Assembly: GCA_030650425.1 (NCBI GenBank)
Contig: JAUSED010000003.1
Location: forward strand, 7,903-71,902
Origin: Candidatus Omnitrophota bacterium
Lineage (GTDB): Bacteria; Omnitrophota; Gorgyraeia; Gygaellales; Profunditerraquicolaceae
DNA: 64,000 bases
Reading direction: 5' to 3'
Of the stretch, positions 51,478 to 61,423 are shown piece by piece. Every line of letters begins with the position of its first letter. Within the stretch, counting starts at the first letter, position 1. The position numbers were made by a program, and so were the translations under genes. The notes below the pieces were generated by a model, which had not been told where the DNA came from, made no database searches, and saw nothing but the letters and a program-made list of their open reading frames with translations.

Positions 51478-53877
51478 ATGTTTTACGACTTTAAAAAAAT
51501 AGAAGAAAAGTGGCAGAAAAAGTGGCAGAAGGATAAAACCTTTCGCGCGCAAATAGCTCCCGCGCAGAAAAAATATTACCTGCTGGAGATGTTTCCTTAT
51601 CCATCGGGTAAAATCCATATGGGCCATGTGCGTAATTATACCATTGGGGATGTGGCAGCGCGTTTTAAGATGCTGGAGGGATATAATGTGCTGCATCCGA
51701 TGGGTTTTGACGCCTTTGGCCAGCCCGCCGAGAATGCCGCGATCAAAAATAAGACTAAGCCGGATGCCTGGACGCATAAATGTATCCGTGAAATGGAAGA
51801 CGAACTCAAAAAAATGGGCTTTGCTTATGATTGGGAGAGGGAAGTTTCCACTTGCGACAATTCTTACTATCGATGGAACCAATGGATCTTTCTGAAGATG
51901 TTTGAGCGAGGCCTGGCCTATAAAAAGGCTTCCAATGTGAATTGGTGTCCCGGCTGTCAGACGACTTTAGCCAATGAAGAGGTGATTGAAGGCGGCTGTT
52001 GGCGTTGCTCAGCCAAAGTAGAGCAAAAAGATCTAGAGCAATGGTATCTAAAAATTACCGAATATAGGGAGAGGCTTTTAGAAGACTTGCAGCAATTAGA
52101 AGATTGGCCTGAGCGCGTCTTAAGTATGCAGGCAAATTGGATCGGCAAAAGCCAAGGCGTGGAGATTTATTTTAAATTAAAAGGCCAAGATAAAGTGGTT
52201 CCGGTTTTTACTACCCGCGCGGATACGATTTTCGGCGCAACCTACATTGTTTTGGCTCCGGAACATCCTTTGGTTAAAGAATTAATTAAAGGTAAGGCGC
52301 AGGAAAATGAGGCCTTAAAGTTTATCGATAAGGTGGCTAAAGAAAGTAAAGTTGTGCGCGCCTCCTCGGATGTGAAGAAGGAGGGTGTTTTTACTGGAAG
52401 TTTAGCGGTTAATCCGGTGAATAATGAAGAGGTGCCGGTTTGGATCGCGGATTATGTTTTAATGGAATATGGAACCGGCGCGATTATGGCTGTGCCGACG
52501 CATGACCAGCGGGATTTCTTGTTCGCTAAAGAACATAAACTACCGATGAGAATAGTAATACAGAGGACAGAAGACAGAGGACAGAAGACAGAGGATTTAA
52601 CTGAAGCATATGAAGGGGATGGCATTCAGGTTAATTCCGGAGAATTTAACGACTTGCCTAACTCCGAAGCCAAAATTAGAATTGCCGAATGGATGGAGAC
52701 AAAAGGAATCGGTAAAATCCAGACGCATTGGCGTCTGCGCGACTGGCTGATTTCGCGGCAACGTTATTGGGGAACGCCCATTCCGATTATTTATTGTCCC
52801 AAATGCGGCGTTGTTCCTGTCCCTTACCAAAATCTGCCAGTGGAATTACCCAAAGACGCGCCCTTTACCGGAGAAGGAGGCAGTCCATTAGGTAAAGTAA
52901 AAAAATTTGTGCAAGTAAAGTGCCCGAAATGTAAGGCTTTAGCCCGCCGGGAAACCGACACCATGGCGACTTTTTTTGACTCGTCATGGTATTTCTTAAG
53001 ATTTTGTTCGCCCAAATTTAAGGATGGTCCATTTGGAGAGAAAGAAGCCGCATATTGGATGCCGGTTGACCAATACATCGGCGGGATTGAGCATGCCATC
53101 CTGCATCTTTTGTATGCACGTTTCTTTACTAAGTTCTTTAAAGATCTGGGGTTGATTGATTTTAATGAGCCTTTTAAGCGCCTGCTTACGCAAGGAATGG
53201 TTTTAAAAGATGGCGAGGTGATGTCTAAATCCAAGGGAAATATCGTTGACCCGGATACGATGATCAAAAAATACGGCGCCGATACTTTACGCTTATTTAT
53301 TTTATTTGCCGCGCCTCCGGAAACAGAATTAGAATGGGATGACCGGGGATTGGAAGGGGCGCATAAATTCCTCAACCGCGTCTGGCGCATTCAGGATAAT
53401 CTCAAGGATAAAGCTGACCCCGCGCTGCTGCGTATCTTGCATAAAACCATTAAAAAAGTAAGCGAAGACTTCCGGGAATTTAAATTTAATACGGCTATTG
53501 CCAGTCTTATGGAGTTGACTAACGCGGTTTATCAGTTGGGAGCGGATAAAGAGGTTTTTTCCAAGCTGATTATTATGCTTAGCCCGATTACCCCGCATTT
53601 TAGCGAAGAACTCTGGAAGATCTTGGGGAATAAAGATAGCGTGTTAAAAGCCGGCTGGCCGGAATACGATTCCAAAATACTTATCGAAGAGAATATTACT
53701 ATCGTCCTACAGGTTAATGGCAAGGTTCGTTCGAAAATCGAGGTAGCCGCGAATATCGCGGAAAGTAAGCTCAAAGAAATGGTTTTAGCTGATAAAAAAC
53801 TCTCCCCCTGGATTCAGGGTAAGCCCGTCAAAAATTTCATCCTCGTTCCAAATAAGCTTGTTAATATCGTAGTCTAG
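51478..53877 (+). CDS. leuS: Leucine--tRNA ligase
   Basis: [37 protein letters not shown]. Confidence 0.98.
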   Translation: MFYDFKKIEEKWQKKWQKDKTFRAQIAPAQKKYYLLEMFPYPSGKIHMGHVRNYTIGDVAARFKMLEGYNVLHPMGFDAFGQPAENAAIKNKTKPDAWTHKCIREMEDELKKMGFAYDWEREVSTCDNSYYRWNQWIFLKMFERGLAYKKASNVNWCPGCQTTLANEEVIEGGCWRCSAKVEQKDLEQWYLKITEYRERLLEDLQQLEDWPERVLSMQANWIGKSQGVEIYFKLKGQDKVVPVFTTRADTIFGATYIVLAPEHPLVKELIKGKAQENEALKFIDKVAKESKVVRASSDVKKEGVFTGSLAVNPVNNEEVPVWIADYVLMEYGTGAIMAVPTHDQRDFLFAKEHKLPMRIVIQRTEDRGQKTEDLTEAYEGDGIQVNSGEFNDLPNSEAKIRIAEWMETKGIGKIQTHWRLRDWLISRQRYWGTPIPIIYCPKCGVVPVPYQNLPVELPKDAPFTGEGGSPLGKVKKFVQVKCPKCKALARRETDTMATFFDSSWYFLRFCSPKFKDGPFGEKEAAYWMPVDQYIGGIEHAILHLLYARFFTKFFKDLGLIDFNEPFKRLLTQGMVLKDGEVMSKSKGNIVDPDTMIKKYGADTLRLFILFAAPPETELEWDDRGLEGAHKFLNRVWRIQDNLKDKADPALLRILHKTIKKVSEDFREFKFNTAIASLMELTNAVYQLGADKEVFSKLIIMLSPITPHFSEELWKILGNKDSVLKAGWPEYDSKILIEENITIVLQVNGKVRSKIEVAANIAESKLKEMVLADKKLSPWIQGKPVKNFILVPNKLVNIVV
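52561..52595 (+). repeat. Five heptamers CAGARGA inside leuS
   Basis: CAGAGGA CAGAAGA CAGAGGA CAGAAGA CAGAGGA. Confidence 0.9.
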
Positions 53878-53949
53878 GATAAATAGGGACAGCGCCAATT
53901 TTTTCAGTAAAAATATACGCAGAAAAAATGGGCGCTGTCCCTATTTATC
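53878..53949. repeat. GGGAC-type long inverted repeat after leuS
   Basis: GATAAATAGGGACAGCGCC ... GGCGCTGTCCCTATTTATC followed by CTATTTAT copies. Confidence 0.8.
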
Positions 53950-54016
53950 TCTATTTATCTATTTATTTCAGTTAGATTCTGCCTCTCTCTGCGTCTATTA
54001 GGGTAGGAGGTGGGGA

Positions 54017-54346
54017 ATGCTTAATTTTACGCAGGAAGAGAGGAAGGTAATTTTGTTTCTGGTAATGCTGGCGTTCTTAGGGGCGGGGGTAAATTTTGCA
54101 GTTAAGCGGTTTGGCGGCGGGAAAAGCACTTTTTGTTTTGCTGATGATCTGGGGAAGGTGAATTTAAACAGCGCGGATAAAAGGCTGCTGATGAAAGTAT
54201 CTGGAATAGGGGAAAAGTTGGCTCAGCGTATCATCGATTATCGCGATAAAAGCCGCGGATTTAACGCCCTAGATGAGCTCAAGGAGATAGAGGGGATGAA
54301 CGACTCCAAATTTGCCAAATTAAAAGACTATCTAATGGTCAAATGA
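54017..54346 (+). CDS. comEA: ComEA helix-hairpin-helix DNA-binding protein
   Basis: KVNLNSA, GIGEKLAQRIIDYR. Confidence 0.9.
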   Translation: MLNFTQEERKVILFLVMLAFLGAGVNFAVKRFGGGKSTFCFADDLGKVNLNSADKRLLMKVSGIGEKLAQRIIDYRDKSRGFNALDELKEIEGMNDSKFAKLKDYLMVK

Positions 54347-55761
54347 GCTGGCTGACTTTATATTTTTGCGCGGGGATAATTTTTGCGCATTTTTTTAAAG
54401 TTTATTTTTGGCCGCTTTATTCTCTCGGATTGGCCTTACTTGTTATCTGCACCATTTTTATCAAAAAAGATTTAATCTTCAAGAGATTCTCCTCTTGTTT
54501 AATTTTTATCTGCGGAGCAGTGTTGTTAACCAATACTTATATCCTGTCTAAAACTCATATCTCTAAATTTGTCTCCTATAAGAACGATACAGTTTTTACG
54601 GTTAAGGGATTTGTGAACAGCCAGCCGCAGTTAAAAGATAACCAGGTTTCATTTCTCTTGGCCGTGCAAGAATTGGAATTTAACCGCGCTCATTATAAAT
54701 CTTGCGGAGAGATTCTGGTTCATCTAAAAGAAATCAAAGAAGGGGAAGAAGGTCCCGAAGGTGACAGTCACGAAATGCGTGACTGTCACCTTCGGTACGG
54801 CGAGGCCTTAATCTTAAGAGGGACTATGCATAAGCCGTTTAAGTTATATAGTGACAGGATAGCTGCGATTATGCGGGTGAATATGCCCGGTTGCGTCATA
54901 AGATTAAATAGAAATTGTGGAAACCCCGTGCTTAGATTTGCCTATTTCCTTAAAGGAAAGATAGAGGAGGTAATTTATCAGAGGCTTTCTAAATTAGCCG
55001 CGGGCATCGCGAACGCCATGATTTTAGGAGAAGAGAGGGGTATCCCGGTTGCAGTTTATGACGCGATGGCCAAAAGCGGGACTGTGCATATCTTGGTGGT
55101 CAGCGGTTTTAATGTCGGAATAGTTGCCTTTATCATTATCTTGTTGTTTAAGGTCTTACGGGTTCCCCGCAAGCTTAGATATCTTCTAGCCATCCCTTGC
55201 CTAATAATATACTGCTTAGCTACAGGCGCTCAGGCTCCGGTGGCGCGCGCGACGATTATGGCGATATTTTTTCTCACGGGATTCCTTCTTAAAAGGGAGC
55301 CGGATATACGTAATTCTTTTTCTTTAGCCGCCCTCTTCATTCTTTTAATTAACCCGAGAGAAGTATTTTCCATCAGTTTCCAGCTTTCTTTTGCCAGCGT
55401 CGCGGCGATCATTTTTCTTGATCCTAAACTCAACGCGTTTTTTAAAACCGAATGCATAAAGCTGAAACTTTTAAGATTGATCACGGAAGGCGCCCTGGTA
55501 TCTCTATCTGCCTGGGTAGCTACTTTAGGGTTGATCGCTTATAATTTCAGGTTTCTCTCTCCGGTTACCGTATTAGCCAATATTTTTATTGTTCCTCTAG
55601 CCACTTTGATTACGCTCTCCGGATTTAGCTTGGTTATTATCTCCATAATTTTTCCTGTTTGGGCGGGATTCTTTGCTCGCGCCATCGAGTTCTTAGTGGT
55701 CGTACTTTTAAGCGTCAATAACCAGCTGGTTCAGTTCCCCTTGGCTTACCTACATTGGTAG
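54343..55761 (+). CDS. comEC: ComEC/Rec2 DNA uptake channel (no MBL domain)
   Basis: AMILGE, SGTVHILVVSGFN, RATIM, SFQLSF, LANI. Confidence 0.9.
   Translation: MSWLTLYFCAGIIFAHFFKVYFWPLYSLGLALLVICTIFIKKDLIFKRFSSCLIFICGAVLLTNTYILSKTHISKFVSYKNDTVFTVKGFVNSQPQLKDNQVSFLLAVQELEFNRAHYKSCGEILVHLKEIKEGEEGPEGDSHEMRDCHLRYGEALILRGTMHKPFKLYSDRIAAIMRVNMPGCVIRLNRNCGNPVLRFAYFLKGKIEEVIYQRLSKLAAGIANAMILGEERGIPVAVYDAMAKSGTVHILVVSGFNVGIVAFIIILLFKVLRVPRKLRYLLAIPCLIIYCLATGAQAPVARATIMAIFFLTGFLLKREPDIRNSFSLAALFILLINPREVFSISFQLSFASVAAIIFLDPKLNAFFKTECIKLKLLRLITEGALVSLSAWVATLGLIAYNFRFLSPVTVLANIFIVPLATLITLSGFSLVIISIIFPVWAGFFARAIEFLVVVLLSVNNQLVQFPLAYLHW
54755..54795. repeat. Family-3 inverted repeat inside comEC
   Basis: CCGAAGGTGACAGTCACG-AAATG-CGTGACTGTCACCTTCGG, perfect 18-bp arms. 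Confidence 0.9.
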
Positions 55762-55783
55762 ATAAAATGGGTTCTTAATCTGT

Positions 55784-55812
55784 TTGACAAAGCAGTTTTC
55801 GTGTGATAAAGT
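55784..55812 (+). promoter_or_regulatory. Putative sigma70 promoter
   Basis: TTGACA-17-TAAAGT with extended TG. Confidence 0.5.
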
Positions 55813-55821
55813 TGTAATATT

Positions 55822-56763
55822 ATGCGACGGATAATCTTAAGTCTCTGTGTTATTTTTGCCCTAGCGGTTAACCCGGCCTATTCCTTCTGGATCTGGACGC
55901 CGAAAACCGGCAAATGGGTTAACCCTAAGAATCTCCCTAAAGATAATCCCAAGGCCCAGTTTGATTATGCCAAAGGCTTTTATGATGAAAAGAAATATGA
56001 TGAGGCTATCCGTGAATTCAGGAAGCTCCTTAAGGCTTACCCCAAAGCCTTTGAGGCTTCGGAATCCCAATATTATTTAGGGGTAATTGAGGAAGAAAGA
56101 GGGAATCTTTATGAGGCCTATCTGGCCTATCAGAAGGTGGTGGATAAATACCCCTTTTCCGAGCGGATTAAAGAAATCATTGAAAAAGAATACCATATTG
56201 CCGAGCAATTCATCGCGGGCTATAAACGTAAAGCGCTGGGGGTAACCTTACCGGTTGAGGATCCTTCTATAGAAATACTCACCAAAGTGGTAGAGAATTC
56301 GACTTATGGGCCGCTGGCGTCCAAGGCAGAGTATAAATTAGGTTTAGTTTTAAAGGGCCTGCAACGTTATTATGAGGCCGAGGATGCCTTTAATAAGGTA
56401 ATCTCCAATTATCCGGATAGCGAATGGGTTGAACCATCCAAATTTCAGATCGCCTCTTGCCGCGCCGCGGTATCGCGCGGCCCGGATTATGATCAAGGGG
56501 CGATGCAGGAGGCTAAGCAAAAATTCGAAGAATTTGTCAGAGAGCATCCAGACGCTGTATTATCTAAAGACGCCCAGCAGAATATCAGTAAGTTAAAAGA
56601 AAAAGAAGCCGCCTCCAGCTACAATATCGCGGTATTTTATGAAAAACAAAAGGCTTATAAGGCTGCTAAGATTTATTATGAAAACGTGATTAATAATTAC
56701 TCCGGGTCTGTCTGGGCGGCTAAGGCCTTGGAGAGCCTGCAATTAATGGAGAAGAAAAAATGA
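55822..56763 (+). CDS. bamD: BamD-like TPR outer-membrane assembly protein
   Basis: Signal peptide, TPR repeats, YDQ...A...F..F...HP, IAVFYEK. Confidence 0.75.
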   Translation: MRRIILSLCVIFALAVNPAYSFWIWTPKTGKWVNPKNLPKDNPKAQFDYAKGFYDEKKYDEAIREFRKLLKAYPKAFEASESQYYLGVIEEERGNLYEAYLAYQKVVDKYPFSERIKEIIEKEYHIAEQFIAGYKRKALGVTLPVEDPSIEILTKVVENSTYGPLASKAEYKLGLVLKGLQRYYEAEDAFNKVISNYPDSEWVEPSKFQIASCRAAVSRGPDYDQGAMQEAKQKFEEFVREHPDAVLSKDAQQNISKLKEKEAASSYNIAVFYEKQKAYKAAKIYYENVINNYSGSVWAAKALESLQLMEKKK

Positions 56764-57323
56764 AGAAAAGAATAAGCCGGATTTTTCTGTTTTCTGTCCT
56801 CTGTTTTCTGTCCTCCGCGCTAGCCGGTTGCGGCTATACTACCCGTTCCATGGTCGGAAGTAAATACAGGACCATCTACATAACACCTTTCGTAAATAAA
56901 ATAAATATTACTACTCAGACTGACGCGGCCAATAAATACAGATTGTACAGGCCGATGATCGAGACCGATATTACCAGATCCGTAAATAACCGCTACCTCT
57001 TTGATGGAAATTTAAGGCCGCTAAAAGAAGAGTCGGCGGATGTTATTTTAAAGGGCGAGGTGTTAGATTTCCGCCGTGATCCTTTACGTTACGATGCTAA
57101 CGGCAATGTCACCGAATACCGTATTAATCTAGTGGTCAATATCAGCCTCTGGGAGAGGGCAGAGAATAAATTAATCTGGCAGGAGAATAGTTTTACCGGA
57201 GATACCACCTATTTTACCTCGTCTTCCGGAAACCCTCAGGCAAAGAGCGAAGATACGGCGGTAACTGACGCCCTGACTGACCTTAGCCGCCGGATTGTCG
57301 AGCGGACAGTTGAACAATGGTAA
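56760..57323 (+). CDS. LptE-like lipoprotein
   Basis: Lipobox LAGC followed by GY, IYITPFVN; lies before holA. Confidence 0.7.
   Translation: MKKRISRIFLFSVLCFLSSALAGCGYTTRSMVGSKYRTIYITPFVNKINITTQTDAANKYRLYRPMIETDITRSVNNRYLFDGNLRPLKEESADVILKGEVLDFRRDPLRYDANGNVTEYRINLVVNISLWERAENKLIWQENSFTGDTTYFTSSSGNPQAKSEDTAVTDALTDLSRRIVERTVEQW
56783..56817 (-). repeat. Five heptamers of the CAGARRA family (reverse strand) in the signal peptide
   Basis: TTTTCTG TTTTCTG TCCTCTG TTTTCTG TCCTCCG. Confidence 0.8.
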
Positions 57324-57324
57324 G

Positions 57325-57996
57325 ATGATTTATTTATTTGTCGGCCAGGACTCTACCCTTAAAGATTCTCCTCTGAGCGTCAAAGATACCCAGCTAAAAC
57401 AGATCAAAGAAGTATTCCTTCCTAAAAAAGTAGAGCAGTTTAATTATGATTGCCTTTACGCGGAAACGCTGAAGCTTACAGACTTGCAGGAAAGACTGCT
57501 CTGTCTCCCGGTGAACTCGCCTAAAAGAATGATTGTGGTAAGGAACGTTCAGGAATTAGCCGCGGATATAGAGGCCTTTATTTTAGAGTGGGCAAAATCA
57601 GGGGAGCGTTCAATCCTTCTGCTTTTAGATATAGAAGACGCGGGGAAAAAAGATGATTTTCTGAAGAAGATCCATCAATACGCTAAAGTATTTCGTTTTA
57701 AAGAAACAACCAGCCTGAATACCTTTAATCTTACCCGTTCGATAGAAGAGCGAAGGCCGGATCACGCGCTGAGGATATTGGATCAGCTTTTAAAAGACGG
57801 GGAGAGGCCGGAGAGGATCATGGGTGGATTAAGGTATGCCTTGGAGAAAAGCCGGTTAAACCCACTGGAAATAAAGCGCAGGCTTAGGCTGTTGATCGAT
57901 AGCGATATCGAAATTAAAACAGGGAGGGTTAAACCTGTTTTGGCCTTGGAAAAATTAATTGTGCGGTTATGCGCCCTTGTTCAACCGTTTCATTAA
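57325..57996 (+). CDS. holA: DNA polymerase III delta-like subunit (short)
   Basis: IYLFVG, FNYDCLYA, LP..SPKR, D.EIKTG..LEKLI; between lptE-like and rpsT. Confidence 0.65.
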   Translation: MIYLFVGQDSTLKDSPLSVKDTQLKQIKEVFLPKKVEQFNYDCLYAETLKLTDLQERLLCLPVNSPKRMIVVRNVQELAADIEAFILEWAKSGERSILLLLDIEDAGKKDDFLKKIHQYAKVFRFKETTSLNTFNLTRSIEERRPDHALRILDQLLKDGERPERIMGGLRYALEKSRLNPLEIKRRLRLLIDSDIEIKTGRVKPVLALEKLIVRLCALVQPFH

Positions 57997-58230
57997 GCGG
58001 GATTTCCTGCGGTTAGCTGTGGCGGGGTGGATGGTTCTTTTTTTAGCCGCTTTATCCAATTGTGAAAATACCTGAACCAGTATTTTTTTAGCCTCGGTAA
58101 TATTCTTTGCCGTAAGCAGGCCTTGAAACTGTTTGACCGTCTTCTTAAGCTGTTGTTTGATTTTCAGGTTTTGCAGGTGTTTTTTCTTATCCTGCCGCGT
58201 TTTTTTAACCGATGTTCTACGTCTTGGCAT
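57967..58230 (-). CDS. rpsT: 30S ribosomal protein S20
   Basis: LDKAAKK.TIH.ATANRRKSRL; AAGGAG RBS before MPRRR. Confidence 0.92.
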   Translation of the reverse strand: MPRRRTSVKKTRQDKKKHLQNLKIKQQLKKTVKQFQGLLTAKNITEAKKILVQVFSQLDKAAKKRTIHPATANRRKSRLMKRLNKGA

Positions 58231-58272
58231 ATTAGTTTCTCCTTTTAAATAAATTAGCATAATTCATTATTT

Positions 58273-59835
58273 ATGTCAACAGCCAAATATCCGCATCACT
58301 CTAACCGTAGAGTAGCTAAATCCGCCAGCGTCATCGGCCTGGCCACGCTTATCTCTCGCCTATTAGGATTCTTGCGGGATATTGTGATTGCCCGGCTTTT
58401 CGGGGTCTATGTCTACGCGCAGGCATTTGTGATTGCCTTCAGGATACCCAATCTCTTCCGGGACCTAGTCGGAGAAGGAGCGACCAACGCCGCCTTTGTT
58501 CCGGTATTCAGCGAATACGCTGAGCGCCATAGCCAAGAGGAATTTTGGGAGCTGGCTAATGTTGTGCTTAACCTGCTCTTGATCATACTGATGGCCATTA
58601 CCATTCTGGGCATAATATTTTCTCCAGTGATTGTGCGCTTAATCGCTCCCGGGTTTAGCGCTTCTCCGGAGAAATTAGCCGCGACCATCAAACTTAACCG
58701 GATTATTTTTCCTTACATCTTGCTAATAAGTTTAAGCGCCTATTCTATGGGCCTGCTGAATTCTCTCAAAGATTTCACTGTCTCTGCTTTTGCTCCCTGC
58801 CTTTTGAATATCTCCATTATTATCTTTGCCATGCTTTTTGGAGAAGGGATTAAGGGTTTGGCTTTAGGCGTTTTAACCGGCGGCGTTCTGCAACTAGCCG
58901 TGCAGATACCGGTGTTGTATAAAAAGGGTTTCCGCCTCAAAAGACCTAAAACCCTGAATCATCCGGCTGCTCAAACTATCGGCAAGTTAATGCTGCCGCG
59001 GCTTTTAAGCTCCTGTATTTATCAGCTGAATAATTTTGTCGATTCGATTTTCGGCTCATTGGCTTGGATCGTCGGAGAGGGAGGGGTGGCAGTTTTATAT
59101 TTTTCGTACAGGCTGATTCAATTTCCTTTGGGAGTTTTTAGCAACGCGTTATCTCAGGCAATCCTGCCGGCTTTTTCTACGCACGCCTTGGAAGAATCGC
59201 CTGATAAGTTGAAACATGCCCTATCCTGGGGCTTACGCGCGGTATTCTTTGTGATGCTCCCTGCCTCCGCGGGCTTTATGGTTTTAGCTAAACCATTGAT
59301 CTGGACGCTCTTTGGAGGAGGCCGCTTCGACAGCTACGCCAGTAATCTTACCGCCAGCGCTTTATTCTATTATAGCTTGGGATTATCCGCTTACGGCGGA
59401 ACCAAAATATTACAATCATGTTTTTTTAGCCTTAAAGATACAGTCACGCCTACTAAAACTGCCGCCTTATCTTTGATCTTAAATATTATCTTTATCATTA
59501 TTTTTATCTACCCTTTAAAGATTGCCGGGATTGCCTTGGCTACATCCTTATCCGGGATAATTACCTTTTTGGTTTTATTTTCTATTCTTAAAAAAAAGAT
59601 AGGGGATTTTGGAGTGGGCCAGATTGGCGCTTCTTTTCTGCGCGTCCTGCTGGCGAGCCTTGCTATGGGGGTCGTTTGTTATTTTACATCCCAGTTGCGT
59701 ATTAATCGATTCCTGAATTTAAGCGTTAGCGTTCTGGCGGGCCTATCTTCTTATGTAATTTTTTGTTTTATATTTAAGGTTAGCGAAATGCGCCAGCTCT
59801 GGAGCTGGGTGGTGCATAAAGAAAGAATAGGATAA
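58273..59835 (+). CDS. murJ: Lipid II flippase MurJ
   Basis: SRLLGFLRD, AFRIPNLFR.LVGEGA, RLIQFPLG. Confidence 0.95.
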   Translation: MSTAKYPHHSNRRVAKSASVIGLATLISRLLGFLRDIVIARLFGVYVYAQAFVIAFRIPNLFRDLVGEGATNAAFVPVFSEYAERHSQEEFWELANVVLNLLLIILMAITILGIIFSPVIVRLIAPGFSASPEKLAATIKLNRIIFPYILLISLSAYSMGLLNSLKDFTVSAFAPCLLNISIIIFAMLFGEGIKGLALGVLTGGVLQLAVQIPVLYKKGFRLKRPKTLNHPAAQTIGKLMLPRLLSSCIYQLNNFVDSIFGSLAWIVGEGGVAVLYFSYRLIQFPLGVFSNALSQAILPAFSTHALEESPDKLKHALSWGLRAVFFVMLPASAGFMVLAKPLIWTLFGGGRFDSYASNLTASALFYYSLGLSAYGGTKILQSCFFSLKDTVTPTKTAALSLILNIIFIIIFIYPLKIAGIALATSLSGIITFLVLFSILKKKIGDFGVGQIGASFLRVLLASLAMGVVCYFTSQLRINRFLNLSVSVLAGLSSYVIFCFIFKVSEMRQLWSWVVHKERIG

Positions 59836-59840
59836 TTAAG

Positions 59841-59899
59841 CAGTAGGGGACACTTTCCTTTTGAAGTTCTAGTTAGAACCCTGACGGAAAGTGTCCCCT
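59841..59899. repeat. Family-2 element (opposite orientation to the 5161-5220 copy)
   Basis: CAGTAGGGGACACTTTCC-27nt-GGAAAGTGTCCCCT; loop is near reverse complement of 5178-5203. Confidence 0.9.
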
Positions 59900-59909
59900 T
59901 ACCCGAAAG

Positions 59910-61145
59910 ATGATGCCTAATTTAAGAGAGATTATCGCGCGGGCGCCGGATACCTCCGGCGTATATTTGATGAAGGATAAGGCTGGCCGGGTGATTTACG
60001 TAGGCAAAGCCAAGTCTTTAAAAAAGCGGTTATTAAATTATCTGGGAAGAAACCTGGATACTAAAACCGTGATCTTAATCTCGAATGTGGCTGATATTGA
60101 ATATCGGCTTGCTCCAACCGAAAGCCTCGCCTTATTATTGGAAGCAAGCCTGATACATAAATATGATCCGAAATACAACGTTTCTTTACGCGATGATAAG
60201 AGCTTCCCGCTAGTCAAGATCACTAATGAAGAATTTCCGGCGATTTGTATTACGCGTAAGAGGGAGGATGATGGAGCCCGCTATTTCGGCCCTTACACCA
60301 GCGCGTCGCTTTTGAGAGAGGCATTAAAGATTATCCGTAAGCGTTTTCCTTACCGTTCTTGTAAACAGATGCCGCGCGAGGCTTGCCTGTATTACCGCAT
60401 CGGCCTGTCTCCCGCGCCTTGTGTCGGTAAAATAAATAAGCGGGAATATGCTAGAACCATAAAAAATATTTCTTTGATTTTAGAAGGTAAGACCGACGCG
60501 CTGATGAAGAAATTACTGACTGAAATGAAATTACGGGCTAAAAAGCACGATTTTGAAGAGGCGGCTAAAATCCGGGATCAGCTAAATGCCTTAAGCGCCA
60601 TAGCCGAAAATTACGCAGGCGCGCCTAATCAAGGCGATTTAGAAGACTTAAAGAATCTTTTACAGCTGAAGAAGCTTCCTGAAAGGATAGAGGCCTTTGA
60701 TATTTCCAATATTTCCGGTAAAGAGGCTACCGGTTCCATGGTAAGTTTCTATCGAGGTTTGCCGGATAAGAATAATTATCGCAGGTTTCGGATTAAAACG
60801 GTTAAGGCTATCGATGATTACGGGATGCTGGCGGAAGTAGTCCAGAGGCGTTATCTCCGGCTGATGAAAGAGAAACTTCCCTTGCCGGACTTAATTATTA
60901 TTGACGGAGGAAGGGCGCATTTGGCGACTGCCGCCAGAGTGCTGGCCGGACTCGGCTTAAACATTCCTTTAACGAGTATCGCCAAAGAAGAGGAGTATAT
61001 CTATTTGGGTGGAACTTTAAAACCGATAAAATTATCATTCGATACCCCGGCTCTGAATTTAATCCGGCGTATCCGCGACGAAGCGCACAGGTTTGCATTG
61101 GCCTATCATCATATATTGAGAAGAAAAAAGTTAATAGGAAGATAA
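59910..61145 (+). CDS. uvrC: Excinuclease ABC subunit C (short form)
   Basis: GVY..YVGKAKSL, FEEAAKIRD, IEAFDISN, IDGG, RDEAHRFA. Confidence 0.92.
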   Translation: MMPNLREIIARAPDTSGVYLMKDKAGRVIYVGKAKSLKKRLLNYLGRNLDTKTVILISNVADIEYRLAPTESLALLLEASLIHKYDPKYNVSLRDDKSFPLVKITNEEFPAICITRKREDDGARYFGPYTSASLLREALKIIRKRFPYRSCKQMPREACLYYRIGLSPAPCVGKINKREYARTIKNISLILEGKTDALMKKLLTEMKLRAKKHDFEEAAKIRDQLNALSAIAENYAGAPNQGDLEDLKNLLQLKKLPERIEAFDISNISGKEATGSMVSFYRGLPDKNNYRRFRIKTVKAIDDYGMLAEVVQRRYLRLMKEKLPLPDLIIIDGGRAHLATAARVLAGLGLNIPLTSIAKEEEYIYLGGTLKPIKLSFDTPALNLIRRIRDEAHRFALAYHHILRRKKLIGR

Positions 61146-61423
61146 TGAAACCTTTTACTAAAAAAGTTTACCAGGCAGTTTTAAGCATACCGCTGGGCGA
61201 GGTGCGCAGCTATAAATGGGTAGCTCACCAAGCCGGTAATAGGAAAGCTTACCGGGCCGTAGGAACGATTTTAAATAAGAACCCTTTTCCTATAATGATT
61301 CCTTGTCATCGGGTGATAAAGAGTAATAATATCTTAGGCGGATATATCTTCGGCCAGAAGAGGAAAAAAGAAATCCTGGATTTAGAAAGGGAACTCAAGC
61401 AATGTCTAACGAACAAAGAATAA
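61145..61423 (+). CDS. O6-methylguanine DNA methyltransferase, C-terminal domain only
   Basis: IPLGEVRSY, RAVG, IPCHRV. Confidence 0.9.
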   Translation: MKPFTKKVYQAVLSIPLGEVRSYKWVAHQAGNRKAYRAVGTILNKNPFPIMIPCHRVIKSNNILGGYIFGQKRKKEILDLERELKQCLTNKE

